A DNA stretch of 63,798 bases, the filler included, from Craspedostauros australis (lineage: Eukaryota), in the NCBI GenBank assembly GCA_030167865.1. It is 11 parts of 11 records of this genome, joined end to end, with 100 filler letters (N's around TTAATTAATTAA, not from the genome) between each part and the next. Parts side by side here need not be neighbours in the genome. Positions count along the whole stretch, not along the records: positions 18,659 to 33,100 come from JALAGF010004834.1; positions 33,201 to 36,257 come from JALAGF010004835.1; positions 36,358 to 39,518 come from JALAGF010004838.1; 8 more parts are not named here. The stretch is one strand, 5' to 3'. A model generated the notes under the pieces. That model made no database searches and had not been told where the DNA came from. It was given only the letters and a program-made list of their open reading frames with translations. A program made the position numbers and the translations under genes. Positions 24,353 through 37,953 of the stretch are shown here, piece after piece. Numbering within the stretch: position 1 is the stretch's first letter; every line of letters begins with the position of its first letter.

Positions 24353-26331
24353 GATTGGCTTCCTTCTGCTCTTTTGCTTGCCTTTCTGGAGTTGTTGGCG
24401 CGTGATGTTGCGTGATCACCAGTGTTTTGTGAGTTCTGCTGAACAACAGCGGTGCTCGACGGCACTCTACACGTCCCAATAGATACCAGTGTTCAGGCTT
24501 GTTGCATGCTGCGTGATCATGCTCCTGGTGTGCGGCATCAGAGTACGTTGAGGAGTTGCATTGTATTGGAATGAAGATGTACGGATACTCCTGCAATGCG
24601 AGCCAAGTATCCTGCGATATCCTACCATACGCTACCACACGCATGGAGCTGGTACTCAATACTCGTCAAGGAGCTCGTACCATACCCACAGGTCGCGCCC
24701 CAGCCAAAGGATTCGAAGGAAGAGTGCCGAGGCTGGTGATGCGTGCCACGCCAACGATGGCAATCTCCGTGTTTTCGTTGCCTCACATCGATGAGACCAA
24801 CCGAGAGAACAGTTGCCACGCGTGGTTGTTTCCGTTGTTTGGGCTGATGCCGATCCCGACCTCGCCGAGCGTATCTTTGTTTCCTGTCCGAGGGGGGAAG
24901 AAATGAATCCACAGAAGGCAATTGTTGTGAATCTATGCAGATTCATGAATCTAGAACATTCGCGTTTCTCCGCGCACATCAAGAGCCCGCCAACAGGAAA
25001 ACCTCTGCTGGAGAGATGATACCATACGACTACTACTCCACTGTACGACGACGAATGTTCTGGAGTCTCCTTTGGGCAGAATGGAGCACGATGGAACGCA
25101 TCTGCCATCACCATTTTCCGTTGTGTCTCTCCTTTGGTGGAAGCGTGCTTGCCTTCATCGGAAGATTCATTGCCAGATTGCCTAAATGCAATGCGAAACA
25201 TGAATCTCCTCAACACGCCCCGAAGAATGAAGATTCCCCCATGACGATGCTCTGCTTCGCTTGATGGTACCCTATCATACTCCGGGTTGTGCATACTTTC
25301 CTTCGACGACGATGCTGACGGTACCGACAAGTATTGGAGCCCGGAGCCGATGTTCGTCTCTCCCTCTTGGTTGTGGCCACGTCTTGGCGCCAAATTTCCG
25401 CTGGATCTTCACCCACGTGCGCAGGTTTTTCGTGTATAGTCACCGGAGATGGGGGGTGAAACCCTGTCTGTTCTGAATTACGGCCGCGCGGAGCGATCAG
25501 GTGCCCAGCGTGGATCTGACGCGTTGCATATGCGGCACCGTCTGTCCATCGACCTATCTAGTCACGATTCTGAAAGACTTTTGGTGTGGCGCTTTGTCTT
25601 GTTGTTGGGATACGGAAGCCTCCCGGGAATCGGGCGATTGCGGGACTCAACCTATTCAATGGTGTTCGATCGTAGCATATGGTACATGCTCGAATGTAGC
25701 AGTCAATGGCGACGATGTCATCCTCGCTTTTGGTTCATGCAACATACCTCGTGTTCTGGGGTATGATACCTATGCACATTGCGAGATCTTTGACCTTGTC
25801 GCAAAATGCAAGTTGGGCAGAGTCGCCTGTACGAGTGGAGAGAGAGAGAGAGAGAGTGGGGTGCTGTGGTACATACCTATTGCAATACTACTCGCCCACA
25901 GTGGAGAAATGGATCATCTGAGGTCAGCGTGAGCATCGGAACTGGTACGAAGGTCGACGCGGCAATCGTGCTTGGTAAACGCACATGGTCAAGTATAAGT
26001 AAAGTAGAGCTGAGCAGAGTTGTTGGAAAATTCGTGATATTAGTCTGTTGATATGCAAACTTAATGGGAAGGAAGCGTGTGATTGGATCGAGTATCAATC
26101 AAGAAGCATGCTGCTGCTAGAGTAGCTCGTACAAGTACTATGCGTGTGCAAGGAAACTTGTTCTTGGACAACGAGCACTGTCGCACGGTATGCAATTTGA
26201 CTGATGATGAACCGAGTTGACGTGTGAGAGGCGGCGAACAAGGGGAAAGAGATCTACCGCAAAGGGCAATGATGGGACAACTTGATCGAGGTGAGTCACT
26301 TCTCCATATTGATACGAGTGCTGGAATGAGC

Positions 26332-28038
26332 TCAAGCCTTTGGAAGGCTTTTCAAGTACCGAACGATGTTCTTATGTCCTTTCTGTTGCGCGCAGTGGCG
26401 AGGCGTCATGCCGCTGTTGTTAGAAACGCGGGTATCCGCCTCGACATTTGGGGAGTCGATCAGCAACTTGAGCATCTCCAAGTTTCCTCTTTCGCAAACC
26501 TTGTGCAAGACGGTGTCACCATCGTTGTTTTGCAAGGTCGCATCAAGCGCCTCCCACGCAAGGAGATCGCGCAAGGCCTTGATGTTGCAAAAACAACATG
26601 CGTAGTGGATCGGAGTGTCGCCATCGTTGTTTGGGACGTGCATGACAGACACTGCCATATTCACCAAACCAGTTCCGGCGTTTCCATCACGCATGAGCAT
26701 GGGCTCATGCAAGTTTGTGGTCGGGACGACCTTCTTCTGGATGTAATCGTAGAGCTGACTGAGCTTGGCGAGACCATGGACCTCCAGCATGTATCCATTC
26801 TTGCACGTCATATGGAGGAGCGTGTTGCCCTCCTTGTTGCGGAGGCTCGTATTCACATTTTCTTTTGCGGTTTCCATCAGATACGTGACTACTTCCTTTT
26901 GGCGAGCCATACAAGCAAGGTGGAGCGGAGTGTTGCCATCCTCGTCCTGCACGTTGACATTGACGTGGGCACGATCGGGTTGGATGAAGTGCTTGACCAG
27001 ATCCATCTGGCCTGATTCGCACACGATGTGCATGGGTGTCTTGCCCTCCTTGTTCTTCGCCTTCATGCTGGCGTCAGCTCGTCCGGAATCCAAGACGAAC
27101 TTGACCATGTCCGTCCGCTTATGTATGCACGCCGTGTGGAGCGGGGTGTTGCCTTTACGGTCTTGAGCATTGGCGTCAAGGACGTTGCTGGTCGATTCGA
27201 CGAAGGACTTGACGAAATCAACCCCTGCATATCTGCAAAGAGTATGGAATGGCGTCTTTTCGTCTTTGTCCGCGATGTTGACGTCGACGGGAGCCTGGTC
27301 CAATCCTATGAGATAGGCAATCACATTTTGATTTTGAGGACGACAGGCGAGATGGAATGCTGTGTTCCCGCTGTTGTCTCTCTCGTTGACCTCGATATTG
27401 ATCTGCTCGGCCTGAGTCAAGTACTCAATCACCTCCATGTGACCGCGTTCGCACGCATCATGGAACGGAGTCTTCCCGTTGAGGTTGCGCGTGTTGGGAT
27501 TGATCGTGATGTGATCCGATTCCACCAGATACTTCACCACCTCCATACGGTGATTTCCGCACGCGAAGTGGAAAGGCGTCATGCCGTGCTCGTTCTGGCT
27601 GTCCACATCAACAGCGGAGGAATTGGCATCGATGAGGCACTCAACGATGTCCTTGTGCCCACGTCGGCAGGCATCGTGGAGCGGTGTGTTGCCGTATTGA
27701 TTGCCGACGTTGATAACGGCGTTGGCGTTGATCTGATCCAGCTCCATCAAGAATGCCACCATCACCACGTTCTTGGATTCGCACGCCTCGTGCAGAATCG
27801 TTCGTCCAGCCTTGTTTTGGATCGTCACATCCGTGCTGACTTGGTCTCCAGCTTCTGTCATCAGGTATCTCACAACGTCATCATGTCCACCACGACAGGC
27901 GAGATGCATTGGCGTGTCGCCAGAGCCATCCGTTGCCTTGGCATCGACCGCACCAGTCGATCTTGCGATGATGGAGCGTACCTGATCCAGTTTGCCCGCT
28001 CTGCAGGCGTCGTGCAAGGAGGGGGTGGCTGAAGACAT
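26332..28038 (-). CDS. Ankyrin-repeat protein
   Basis: More than a dozen GxTPLHxAC...G..VVxYL repeats. Confidence 0.93.
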   Translation of the reverse strand: MSSATPSLHDACRAGKLDQVRSIIARSTGAVDAKATDGSGDTPMHLACRGGHDDVVRYLMTEAGDQVSTDVTIQNKAGRTILHEACESKNVVMVAFLMELDQINANAVINVGNQYGNTPLHDACRRGHKDIVECLIDANSSAVDVDSQNEHGMTPFHFACGNHRMEVVKYLVESDHITINPNTRNLNGKTPFHDACERGHMEVIEYLTQAEQINIEVNERDNSGNTAFHLACRPQNQNVIAYLIGLDQAPVDVNIADKDEKTPFHTLCRYAGVDFVKSFVESTSNVLDANAQDRKGNTPLHTACIHKRTDMVKFVLDSGRADASMKAKNKEGKTPMHIVCESGQMDLVKHFIQPDRAHVNVNVQDEDGNTPLHLACMARQKEVVTYLMETAKENVNTSLRNKEGNTLLHMTCKNGYMLEVHGLAKLSQLYDYIQKKVVPTTNLHEPMLMRDGNAGTGLVNMAVSVMHVPNNDGDTPIHYACCFCNIKALRDLLAWEALDATLQNNDGDTVLHKVCERGNLEMLKLLIDSPNVEADTRVSNNSGMTPRHCAQQKGHKNIVRYLKSLPKA

Positions 28039-30139
28039 GCCTTTCGTCGTCGTCGTCGTCGTCGTCGTCGTCCTTGCTGATGTTGGATTTGCTGTGTGCT
28101 GTGTGTGCTGTGTGCTGTATGTGCTGTATGTGTGTTCTATGTGCTATACTGTGGAAAGCTGTTGAATAAGTGCAGAGGCCGCCGTTTTGTGACACCTTGT
28201 GCTCCTGTTCAAGCCACCCAGCTGTGCTTTCCGTGTGGCCATGATCGCACACGGCGCGGTCGAAGGAAAACCCCAAAAGGGTTGCGGATCTGCGACGAGT
28301 GCCTCCGAATTCCGTGTTGGGAGATTGGTGGATTTTGCGGGAACCGTGGAAAAGTTGGTGATGGTTGTGGTGGCAACTTCCGAGTCTCGCTGGCAACGCG
28401 AATACAGAGTAGGTCGAGTGAGTCGTAAACCGGATCCGAAAGACACAAACAATTCACACGTACAGATTTGCGGCGCGGTATTGGTACTTGTGGAGTGTTT
28501 TGTTTCATGCCTCTTTCGTGCATTTGGTGGGTTTCGATCGAATGTCCAAACTCAGCAACCTGTCGAGAGTGCCAAATTCCACGCAACAACAAGTCGACAA
28601 TGAGAAACACAACAAAACTCGTCAAGAGCTGTCGAACAGCATCAATGGCGCTACAACAACCAGCTGTCCAATACAATATCCAAGCGCATAGGTGGAACGG
28701 CCATGTAAAGCTTGGTGGATATGCGAGAGGGGTCTGCTGGAGCGGTTGATTTGGGACCGTGACAGGCCAAAGAGCGAAGGACACGAATTGGAGGAAAATT
28801 CGCTCGTTGGATATGGTCTCTGTATGGAATACGCAGGCCATTCCAATGATTATGGATGGGCAAAACGCATCCAAGAGGGTATGGTGGAGGTGACCACGAA
28901 GTTTGAGGCTTGGGGGTGGCCTGGAATGTGTTGAAGGAAAGGAAAAAGCAGAGGGCAAGAGTTTTTGGGTGGGTGGCAGCGAACATGCCACATGGCTTCG
29001 GCGGTGATGGGGGGCATGCACAAGTCACCCAAATCGTCAAGCCACCCAACCAAGACGTGTTCAGCATCAACTCAGGGTGGAGCAGATCGAAGCCTTCTCC
29101 ACGGATATTGTATGGAAGAGGCCGCAGCCGAGAATGCATACAAAAGGGTCGTCCTCGGTGGGCACAAAACAAGCACAATGGCTTCATCATGCAGAGGTGT
29201 GCCTTCGGAGGCATGAGCGCCCGACCCATTCTGGATGCATGAGTGTGTCACCAGGAAATGTGGGAACGCACAAGGGGCATGTGGAGGGGCTGAGAAGGTT
29301 GCACGGAGGAGTTACAAATCCAAATATGAACCGCGTCCGGATCGAAAACGGTGTTTCGAAATCGCTCAGTTTCAGTGCAGGGAGGCTTTGGGATGTGTGG
29401 TGCAGATATCCGTGAAGAAGCTTCATGGCTACTGGAGGGAGGGCAAAGCATGGCGCCACCCAGAATTTTGTTGAATCAAAGACACGACAGAAAGCAAGCC
29501 AACACAATGTGAAGGACAACATGCATATACATTTACCTTCAATATCCAGAATCAATGATAGTCAGGGGTTCGAATGCACTATTTGATCTTAGTTGGAAAC
29601 GATGTGTTGTTGAGATATAGCATCATACGAAATGATTTGGTTAGTTTCGAGCGTGCTCCAGATTAGTCTATCTTAACCCGACCCATCACCCATCACCCAT
29701 CACCCACAAAACTTCACAACTCGCGTTATCGCAACACCATTTCACATTCTGTGCGGATAGTACAAAGTAGAGAGCCGGGATGGAATGAATCAAACGAACA
29801 GAATGGCAGACTCGTACGAGCCATTACTTGTTGCACTCTGCGCTGTGCATACTAATATCATGTATTCCACTTCGCCATGGAGAGTAGAGTACCTCGTGCT
29901 GCATTCGTACGCAACTGCTGGAGGATGAGCATGCCGCCCACAAATACACATGAGGTGCGAGTCGGAGAACTCTCCTCAGCTTCCGACCGTCCTCGTCCGC
30001 TTTCATTCCATCCACACTATCTGCTGGACTTCGTGGCATGCACTTGGTCGTATGTGGTTGAGTATGGGTATTTGTTCGGTAGCGCGCCCAAATATAATAC
30101 TGGGGGGGGAAGAGAATGAGTTGGCATTGATTAAGGACA

Positions 30140-31629
30140 TTACAACCCGCCCTTCGTGTAAAAGCTCGCCACCATGTCACCCATGTATCCATCTCGCATG
30201 GCGTGCTTCCATTCTTCGATCGAAAAGGACACTGCGTCCGAATCGTAGTCAGTGACGGCCAATCCGCCATTGTGATAGACATGGGACAACAGGGTATCCA
30301 AATACGATCCTCGGATGGCCCACCAAACCTCCTGCGGTGTCAGATTCGCTACGAGGACTCCATCGAGCGAGGATGCAGCGCTTGCACTCTCCTGCAACAA
30401 CGATGACGATGACGACATTGCTGATGCTGGTGCAGACGAAGCAACCGACGCCAATTCCATGCCACCTTCTCGGAACAGCTGCACCACCATGTTATCGAAG
30501 TATCCACCCTGGATGGCCCACACCCACTCTCGCAATGTCAACGTCATGAGAAATGGGTTGTTGCTGTTGCTCTGTGTTCCATCCACCGCTTCTGCTGCAA
30601 CAAGTCCCCCATGACGCACGAAATGCGCCATCATGGTGCCCAAGTAACCATCACGTGCGGCCCACCACCATTCTTGCATCGTGAATGGTGCTGCATCAGG
30701 CTGCGCTGACAGGACGGAAACAGCGAGGGCGGACGCGAACAACAGCGCCGCAGCTCCAAGTCCGAATGATGCGACCGTGTTGACATTGGCTCGTCTGGTG
30801 ATACACGAGTATGGTGCGAGTATTATATGTACGAGGAGAAGACAAGTGAGAAAACAGAATGGATGCCCACAGATTGAATTGATGGATTGGCGGAGTGCGG
30901 CGCAAGAGATTCGCAATTGTGAGGACATTTGAGTATTTTGAACAGGTGTGTTGGAATGGAGCAGATTGCACACACCGGAGATGATGTCATGAGTTTGAAC
31001 AGTTGTAATACTGCCACAAGAGACGCCGCAGGATTCGACGACAGGAGAGTATTCAATTGGATGTCGAATGCTCGCACACGAAGTCGTTTGTTGCTTTGCC
31101 CACTTGGATTCTGAACTGAGTTTTTAACACGAGAGTGCGAGGATGGTGACTGCGAGACGAAGCATGCCATTGCAACCGCTGTTTTTCACGCTTACCGAGC
31201 GAGCTCTGCTTGGCCGAATTTGATCTTGTCTCGAAGGGCGGCGACGAGGGCGGCAGCGGTGCCAACATCTCTGCAGATCGCGTTTTCTTCGTCCAGGATA
31301 TTGGCAGCGCAGTCGCTCTGGATCATCAGCAAGCCTCGAAGGTACTTCTCCGCATCTTCCACCGAGCAGGTGTCCGAACCTGCGCAGTCCTGTGCCATCT
31401 GAGTCACCATGAAGGGATCGCTGCCATCAAATTCGCCATCTTCTCGGCTTGGAGGCATGTTCAGCGTCATTCCCACATGGAGCGAAGTTGTTGAGGTTGG
31501 GATTGCGGCACCTGCGCTGTGTGTGGGCCGCATTGGCTTGGGCAGAATGGAGGGCGCGCTGAAGGCAGACACCCCTGTGAGGGTGGAGGCTGCGAACAGA
31601 GCGGAGACTTGGGTTGACGTGAGGCGCAT
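30140..31629 (-). CDS. Plastid-targeted protein with a four-Cys domain and four QEWWWAxRDGYL-type repeats. Exons 31629-31196, 30794-30140
   Basis: Bipartite signal ...TGVSA-FSAP; GT-AG intron 31195-30795 joins the two ORFs in frame (..ELAR-RANV..). Confidence 0.75.
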
Positions 31630-33287
31630 GGTGCACTCTTGGGAATATCAGCGTATTGGAGCAGGTTCGTGTGGTGACGGAGCGTTTCTGGCGGCAGGCC
31701 TTGTGTTGTGGGCCTTGTGTTGTGGTGCGTGGTGCGAGTCGCAGAATGGATAGATGGCGCCAGAGAGTTGTGGCGGGAGTGTGGTGAACGAGCACTCGTA
31801 TTCCGATAGAGGACTTGTGATTGTGTGTCTGAACTTGAGATCCTTCCTCTCTCGTGTGTTCTTGTTGCGTTCTGTTCTGTTCTCTCTGCCTCACCTCGCC
31901 TCGTCTCCTGGTGCCTCGTCCTCCTTTCCCTTGTTGTGTTGCTCTTCGATCCTCTGTTCTTGTCTCTTCTCCAGTTCGTGTTGCGAAGCCAAAGATACCA
32001 ATTCGTTGATGTTTTTGGCGTCTGCTGATGTCCACCTTCCTCCGACACGAACAAGACAGTTCTTTTGGCTGCGCATCTCCATCTGTTCGACCACAGTTTC
32101 ACGAGACACATTTGGGCGTCCTGATTTTGACGAATGGTCGTGTGGCTTTGAAGGCTGCGAGCGAGGCCGTGAGGAACATTGGTCATGGAACCAGGACACT
32201 CTTCCTCGAACACGGTTAATCGGATTAGTCATGAATGATGTCCTTCCGTCCATCCTTCGTCTCATTGACGAGTCGCACAAGACTGCAGTTTCGTTAGCGT
32301 TCACCAGCAACCAAGTGTGACTGCTGGCACTCTGCAAGTGCGCTTGAAAGAGCTCCAGGACCTTGGAACCCTCCAAGCTTGCGTGGAGGCCATCTCCATC
32401 TCACTTTTATGCGTATGATCCAGTTCCCTGGCCAAGTTTCCTGGAAAGACTCCAATCTTGATTGTGTTCTATGACTGGCAGGCAAATGATACATTTTGCA
32501 TCTTCTTCCCATTTTACCAACATGTGAAACCACCAAACAGAAAAGAAACCAAGATATACATGATGCATAAGAGGCCACACCAATGTTGTTGACCTCGAAG
32601 ACCAGCTTTTGCAAGACCAACATCGTCCTTCCGAACACTTTGGCATTCAGCATGAACACACCACTTTATGCATATTTCTGTGTCCTCTTGACTTTGGAAA
32701 ATGCTTGCAACCATGAATATGACAGCTTAATCACTACCAACAAATCACATACACAGGCACATACACAGAAACAACTACTACTTTCAATTTCACACTTGAC
32801 AGATTTCGACACAGAACGGCTTTCACTAGTCGGTCCGGAATGATGACATTGAATCCATGCACAAGAAAAAGGACACTCTGCTGGCACCACAAAACACAAA
32901 GCCTGACAAACCCAACTTTGTGTGTGCGCGCGTGTGTGTTGATGTTCGTGCAGTCACGAGAACAAAGGTTGTATCACACAAGATCCGGACCGACCACAAC
33001 ATGCACAAGAGTACACGCATACAACTGATTCGTTGATATCAACATCTAGATCGAAAATAGGTAGCATCTACCATGACTGAAACGTGATTCGACTTGATTT
33101 NNNNNNNNNNNNNNNNNNNNNNNNNNNNNNNNNNNNNNNNNNNNTTAATTAATTAANNNNNNNNNNNNNNNNNNNNNNNNNNNNNNNNNNNNNNNNNNNN
33201 CGCATCCTGCAGGAAGCAATTACGAAGCGCGGAGGCGGAGAAGAGGATGATGCCTAACCCTGTGTTTGCTTTGTCTCTCTCCTCTCT

Positions 33288-36257
33288 GTGCTGCCCACAA
33301 CTCGTGCCCACCTCAACGCCAACCAACAAACACCGATACTACCGACCATCCCAGACACCACACACACGCACATCGACAATCCAGACGGCCCGAGCGACAT
33401 ACTACTAAGCTCTAACTTAGCAGATATCGTTGCATTATCCACGAAACAACTCCCCACGTCCTCTACCTGTTCATTGCGCTACGCAACACTGAACTTCGGT
33501 CTCCACATGACCAGCAGCATCTGGCCCGCTTTCGAGCATGCCTTTTGCACACATGACGACGGCTTGCCCCACACGCTTCGGACGTACCCGGACTCGACCC
33601 AATTCCTTGGGTCGACGGCAAGAGTGTCTCACCGGATTCTGAACGAGATTCCGGTGGACTTTCTAGTCGCCCACGGGGTCCAGAATACGGAATGGCGTAG
33701 TTGGGTCCTCCACTGCCAAGTCAACCTACGACCTCGGCTAGTCATCGAGATATGGACGGGACCCCACCTGGGGTGGATACAACATGCAGCCTCCAAACGG
33801 GAGTGCAAGCTCTGGATGGACCTCGGTTATGGAACACAAATCAAGGCCCTCCCCAATCAACGAATGGGTGGAGCGGTATCGGTGATTTATACGGTGGTAG
33901 TGAGGGCGGCAACAACGTGTACGGCATCTGGCATCGAATGGCCAGACCTCCAACCTGCATCAGAGCGAAGCATGGCGAACTGTCTTCGTCACTGCGGAGT
34001 TCCTCGACGATGCTATATAACAAAGAGCAACGCCCAGTCGGTCGTCGACAGCGCAACATCTGCGATGCCAATGGACCGGCTAGCCCTCATTCAGACGGAT
34101 AGAGGCGTCCGACGCCTCTTTCCAGACGAGTTAGGGCAAGCCCTGGGCAGCTCGCTCCCCGGAGAGGTGCTGAAGCAGGCGAAATGGCGAGTGCTTTTCC
34201 ACACTCCGTCACAACATCTGCTGGAGTACCTCTCCACACCGCTGATGGACTTGGCCCGCCAAGTACATCAGCACTCCGAACACTCCCAACCTACGACACC
34301 AACGACAGAACGACGACGACGACGACGAAGACGACGAAGACAGACTCAGCCAACCATCTCCGAGGACAACAATGGCGACTCCCAATATCAATGGTCCCCA
34401 CCCAACCTCTCTCCCGGCGGCGATTGGCATCGGCGCCGTGTGAGCAACCTGCGGCAGGCTTGTACACAGTACGGAGAACGATCCGCTTCGCTACTCGAGG
34501 ACGGACTCGACGACCTACGCGTTCACCGCACCAACTACACGGACACACACCCCGACCCCAAACAGTTACGAGCGCTCTGGTGGGAATTCCCTCAGCAACA
34601 CTGGGACCATCTACGAGAAGGGAGTCCGATGAATTTTCTGGGCACTCCGGAATCAGGATACCATGACAACACCGACATGACCGCTGAACAACAACAGGTG
34701 GCAGCGGACTTCGTCGACGAGCTACTCAGCCTCGGCGTCGTCGAGCCGCAAGATCCACGCCATCCGGTGGTCGTCAATGCTCCACTCTTTGCTCTACCGA
34801 AACCCATGCAACCCGATCAGTGGCGCATCATCGCCAACATGCGAGAAAACCGCACCAACGAGTTCATTGGAGCCGACCCGACCATTTTTCCAAAAAGCCG
34901 CGACATTTTGAAACAAATGTATCACGGTGGATGGTCGGCGGTGGTGGACGCTTCGAAGTATTTTTACCAATTTCGAACGCGTCCTGACGAAAGGCGATTT
35001 CTCGGCATCCAACATCCGATTTCGGGAAAAATGTACCAGTATGCTGGGCTGCCCATGGGATCTAGCCAATCACCGGCTATCGCATGCAGGCTAGGAACTG
35101 CTTTCCTCCGACGACTACGTGAGCATTCTCCGATATACCAAGGCACGCAACGATCTAATATGTGGTGGACCGCATTCGACCAAGGCCTGGACTATGATCA
35201 CACCAGAGGACAGGGACTTGTGGCCATCGGATCCGACGGATCGCCCGCCGCTCTCGTGTGGGCCCACTGTGATGACTTCATCATCCATGGACCCACACGC
35301 CACAAGACCGCGGCGGCACTGTCGGCCTTCCTCGACCTGTCGGTGGACTGCGGCCTACTCTGTCACCCTAGCAAGCTCACACCACCCAGCCAGGTTGTCA
35401 AGTACACTGGACTGATTTTCGACACCACAAGCACACCACGCCTACGCATTCCTCCGCTGAAACGAGACAAGATCATCGCGGTGTTGGACTACATCGAAGC
35501 CACACCCACAAGAGTCTCCCGACTCGCCCTCGCGGTTCTGGCGGGCATGTTGGAGAGCGTAGCCGAGGCCACACCATCGTACCTCGGTCGCAACTACCTG
35601 CGTGCTCTCTACGCACTCGTCCATCCCGGCGAATGGGACCAACCTGATCTACCATACTTCAGCTACACAGCTATCACCCTTGCAGTCACACAGGACCTCC
35701 AATGGTGGCGATCAGCGCTCACCAACGATACCGCACGAAGCGGTCGCGCGACCCGCACCGGCATTCTCGTCAGCAGCTTTGGAGACGGAAGTGGCACAGG
35801 CACTGGTGGCACCATCCTCTTCCCCAGTCAACCCTCATGTATGTGGATGGGCACATGGTCCTCCCTCGTGGCAACACGCCACTCATCCAACTGGAAGGAG
35901 CTACGCACCCTACTCAGCACTCTGCAGCAGGTCGCCAACAACCCAGCATCTGCCATGGACGTCTTCGGCGCCACCTTCTTCTACTTCACCGACAACATGT
36001 GCACCTACTGTGTTGTCGATGGAGGCACTTCCACATCACCGGAACTGCACAAGATGGTTCGAAAGATCAAGCAGCTCGAGCTTCACCTGTCGTGTCACCT
36101 TCAAGTCATCCACATCCCTGGCACCGCCATCATCACAGAAGGGACTGACGGACTCAGCCGTGGGATCTGGATCAATGCGGCCCATCAGAGACCGACCTCA
36201 TCGCAGATCCTATCCGCATGTCTGGCCCCGGCACCACTCCAACAACGGCATGTCTCC
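33288..36257 (+). mobile_element. DIRS/Ngaro-like retrotransposon pol (RT + RNase H), cut by the contig end
   Basis: PLFALPKP..WRIIANM, VDASKYFYQF, LPMGSSQSP, HCDD, GDGSGTGTGG, SNWKEL, FTDN, DGLSRG. Confidence 0.85.
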
Positions 36258-36357
36258 NNNNNNNNNNNNNNNNNNNNNNNNNNNNNNNNNNNNNNNNNNN
36301 NTTAATTAATTAANNNNNNNNNNNNNNNNNNNNNNNNNNNNNNNNNNNNNNNNNNNN

Positions 36358-37953
36358 GGATAGGGCTCTTTGGAGCAGCGTTGGGAGATCCTTGATCTTG
36401 GACTCGATGGCGTGGACGATGTTGTGACTGATGGGCAGATCCACGGCGCGGAAGCTTCTGCTGCCTTTGCCACCTCCTTGGTTTGGGATCTTCCACTCCC
36501 ACTGCGATGAGGCTTGGTTGTATGTGAGGATGTTCTTCCTCTCCAGCTCTTCCAATGCCTGCAACGTGAAGAAGATGTTGCCGTTGGTCTTGATATGCAG
36601 CTTCTTCGAGAGGACATCGATGTCTTCGCAACACAGCATACTCTCTAGCCATGCGGTGGTGTCTGCCAACGATAGGTTTGCAATGGTGACGTGGCTGAGC
36701 GTTCGATGCTGCCGGTGGGAAGCGCCGTGGCTGGGTCCACCATCGCTGTCTTCTGTCGCCTCGAGGTTTTTCAAGAAGGCCGTCGACAGCGCATGATTCG
36801 GTGGGAGGTCCAACACTTCTTCGGTGTGCGGATTCGTCTCCTGTCGGACAGCACCCACAAGGAGGAAGTTCTTGAGATCCGTGTCTTCCATCAGACTGGC
36901 CAGGAGGCGCAAGCCAACGCCGGATGACCACTGCAGATCATCCAGGAACATGTAGATGGGACGTTCTATCGTAGATACGGCCTTGATGAACTGCATGAAG
37001 ATGTACTGCAGCTGGTTCCATAAGCCGTCACCCAGCAGCTGAGCCGCTGCTGGCATGGCACTCGAAGATGGACTCTCGGTTAGGTTCTGACTGACACTCA
37101 TACTTCCTGCAGTGCTTATAGCCCCAGCGATGAACTTCCTGTAACGGTGCTGGCTTGCGGAGTGATGAGTGATCGATCCGTCTTCATGGATCGTTGTGTG
37201 GGGCACGAGGATGGCAAGGGCCGGCACCACCTTGATGAGCGGAATGAATCCATCCGTGGGAAAGGCTTCCTTGACGCATCGGCGGATTCGATCGAGCTCT
37301 TCTGCCGGTCCGCGCTTGAGTTGAGACATGAAGTCACGCATGGCCTGGATGAGGGCGGAGAAGGGATCGCTGCTGCCGGTGTACTCATCGTACTTGCCGC
37401 GCAGCACGTAGCAGCAGGTGCAGGTGTTGGCCGCTGCCTTCTTCTTATCTTCTTCTTTCTGTTTGTCGGTCTTCTGCTTTGGCTCTGTGTTGCAGGTGCA
37501 GCACTCTTGCAGAAAGTGATCGATCAGGGCTGATTTACCAGTTCCGCTGATACCCCATACCAGTACGGCGGGGTACACGTTGTCGTTGGCATCAGTCTCT
37601 TGCGAACTCTCTTCCTGTATGGTCGGCTTGGAGGGAGAGTTGGCAACATCGTCGGCATTGCGAGATCGCGATGATCCCATGACCTTCTTGTTGACATGAT
37701 GGAGCCGCTTCAGTTCCTTTTCTCGTCCAAGAAAGCACGAACCCGATCGCCATGGTGCGGTTTCCTTCGATTGATGCAGTTTCCTGGTTGGATCGGTGGA
37801 ACTGTTGGGATTGTCCATGGTGGAAGGAGACGGCGGGCTGTCGTTGTTGCTGTTGTTGCTGTTGTTGTTCATGCCAGCCACCATGGTGGCATCGTATGTG
37901 AGCCCAGTGTCGTGGAACACTTGGCTTGTTACGGGTTCGGTGATCGATGACAT
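36358..37953 (-). CDS. AAA/STAND ATPase-domain protein (AAA_16-like), N-terminal part
   Basis: FLGREKEL, Walker A GISGTGKS, GKYD, Walker B FLDDLQW, TNGNIFF. Confidence 0.85.

Noticed and set aside
24656..25393. 245 aa ORF upstream of the nucleotidase (also ORFs in 16500-17600)
   Set aside because: No recognisable motifs or coding bias
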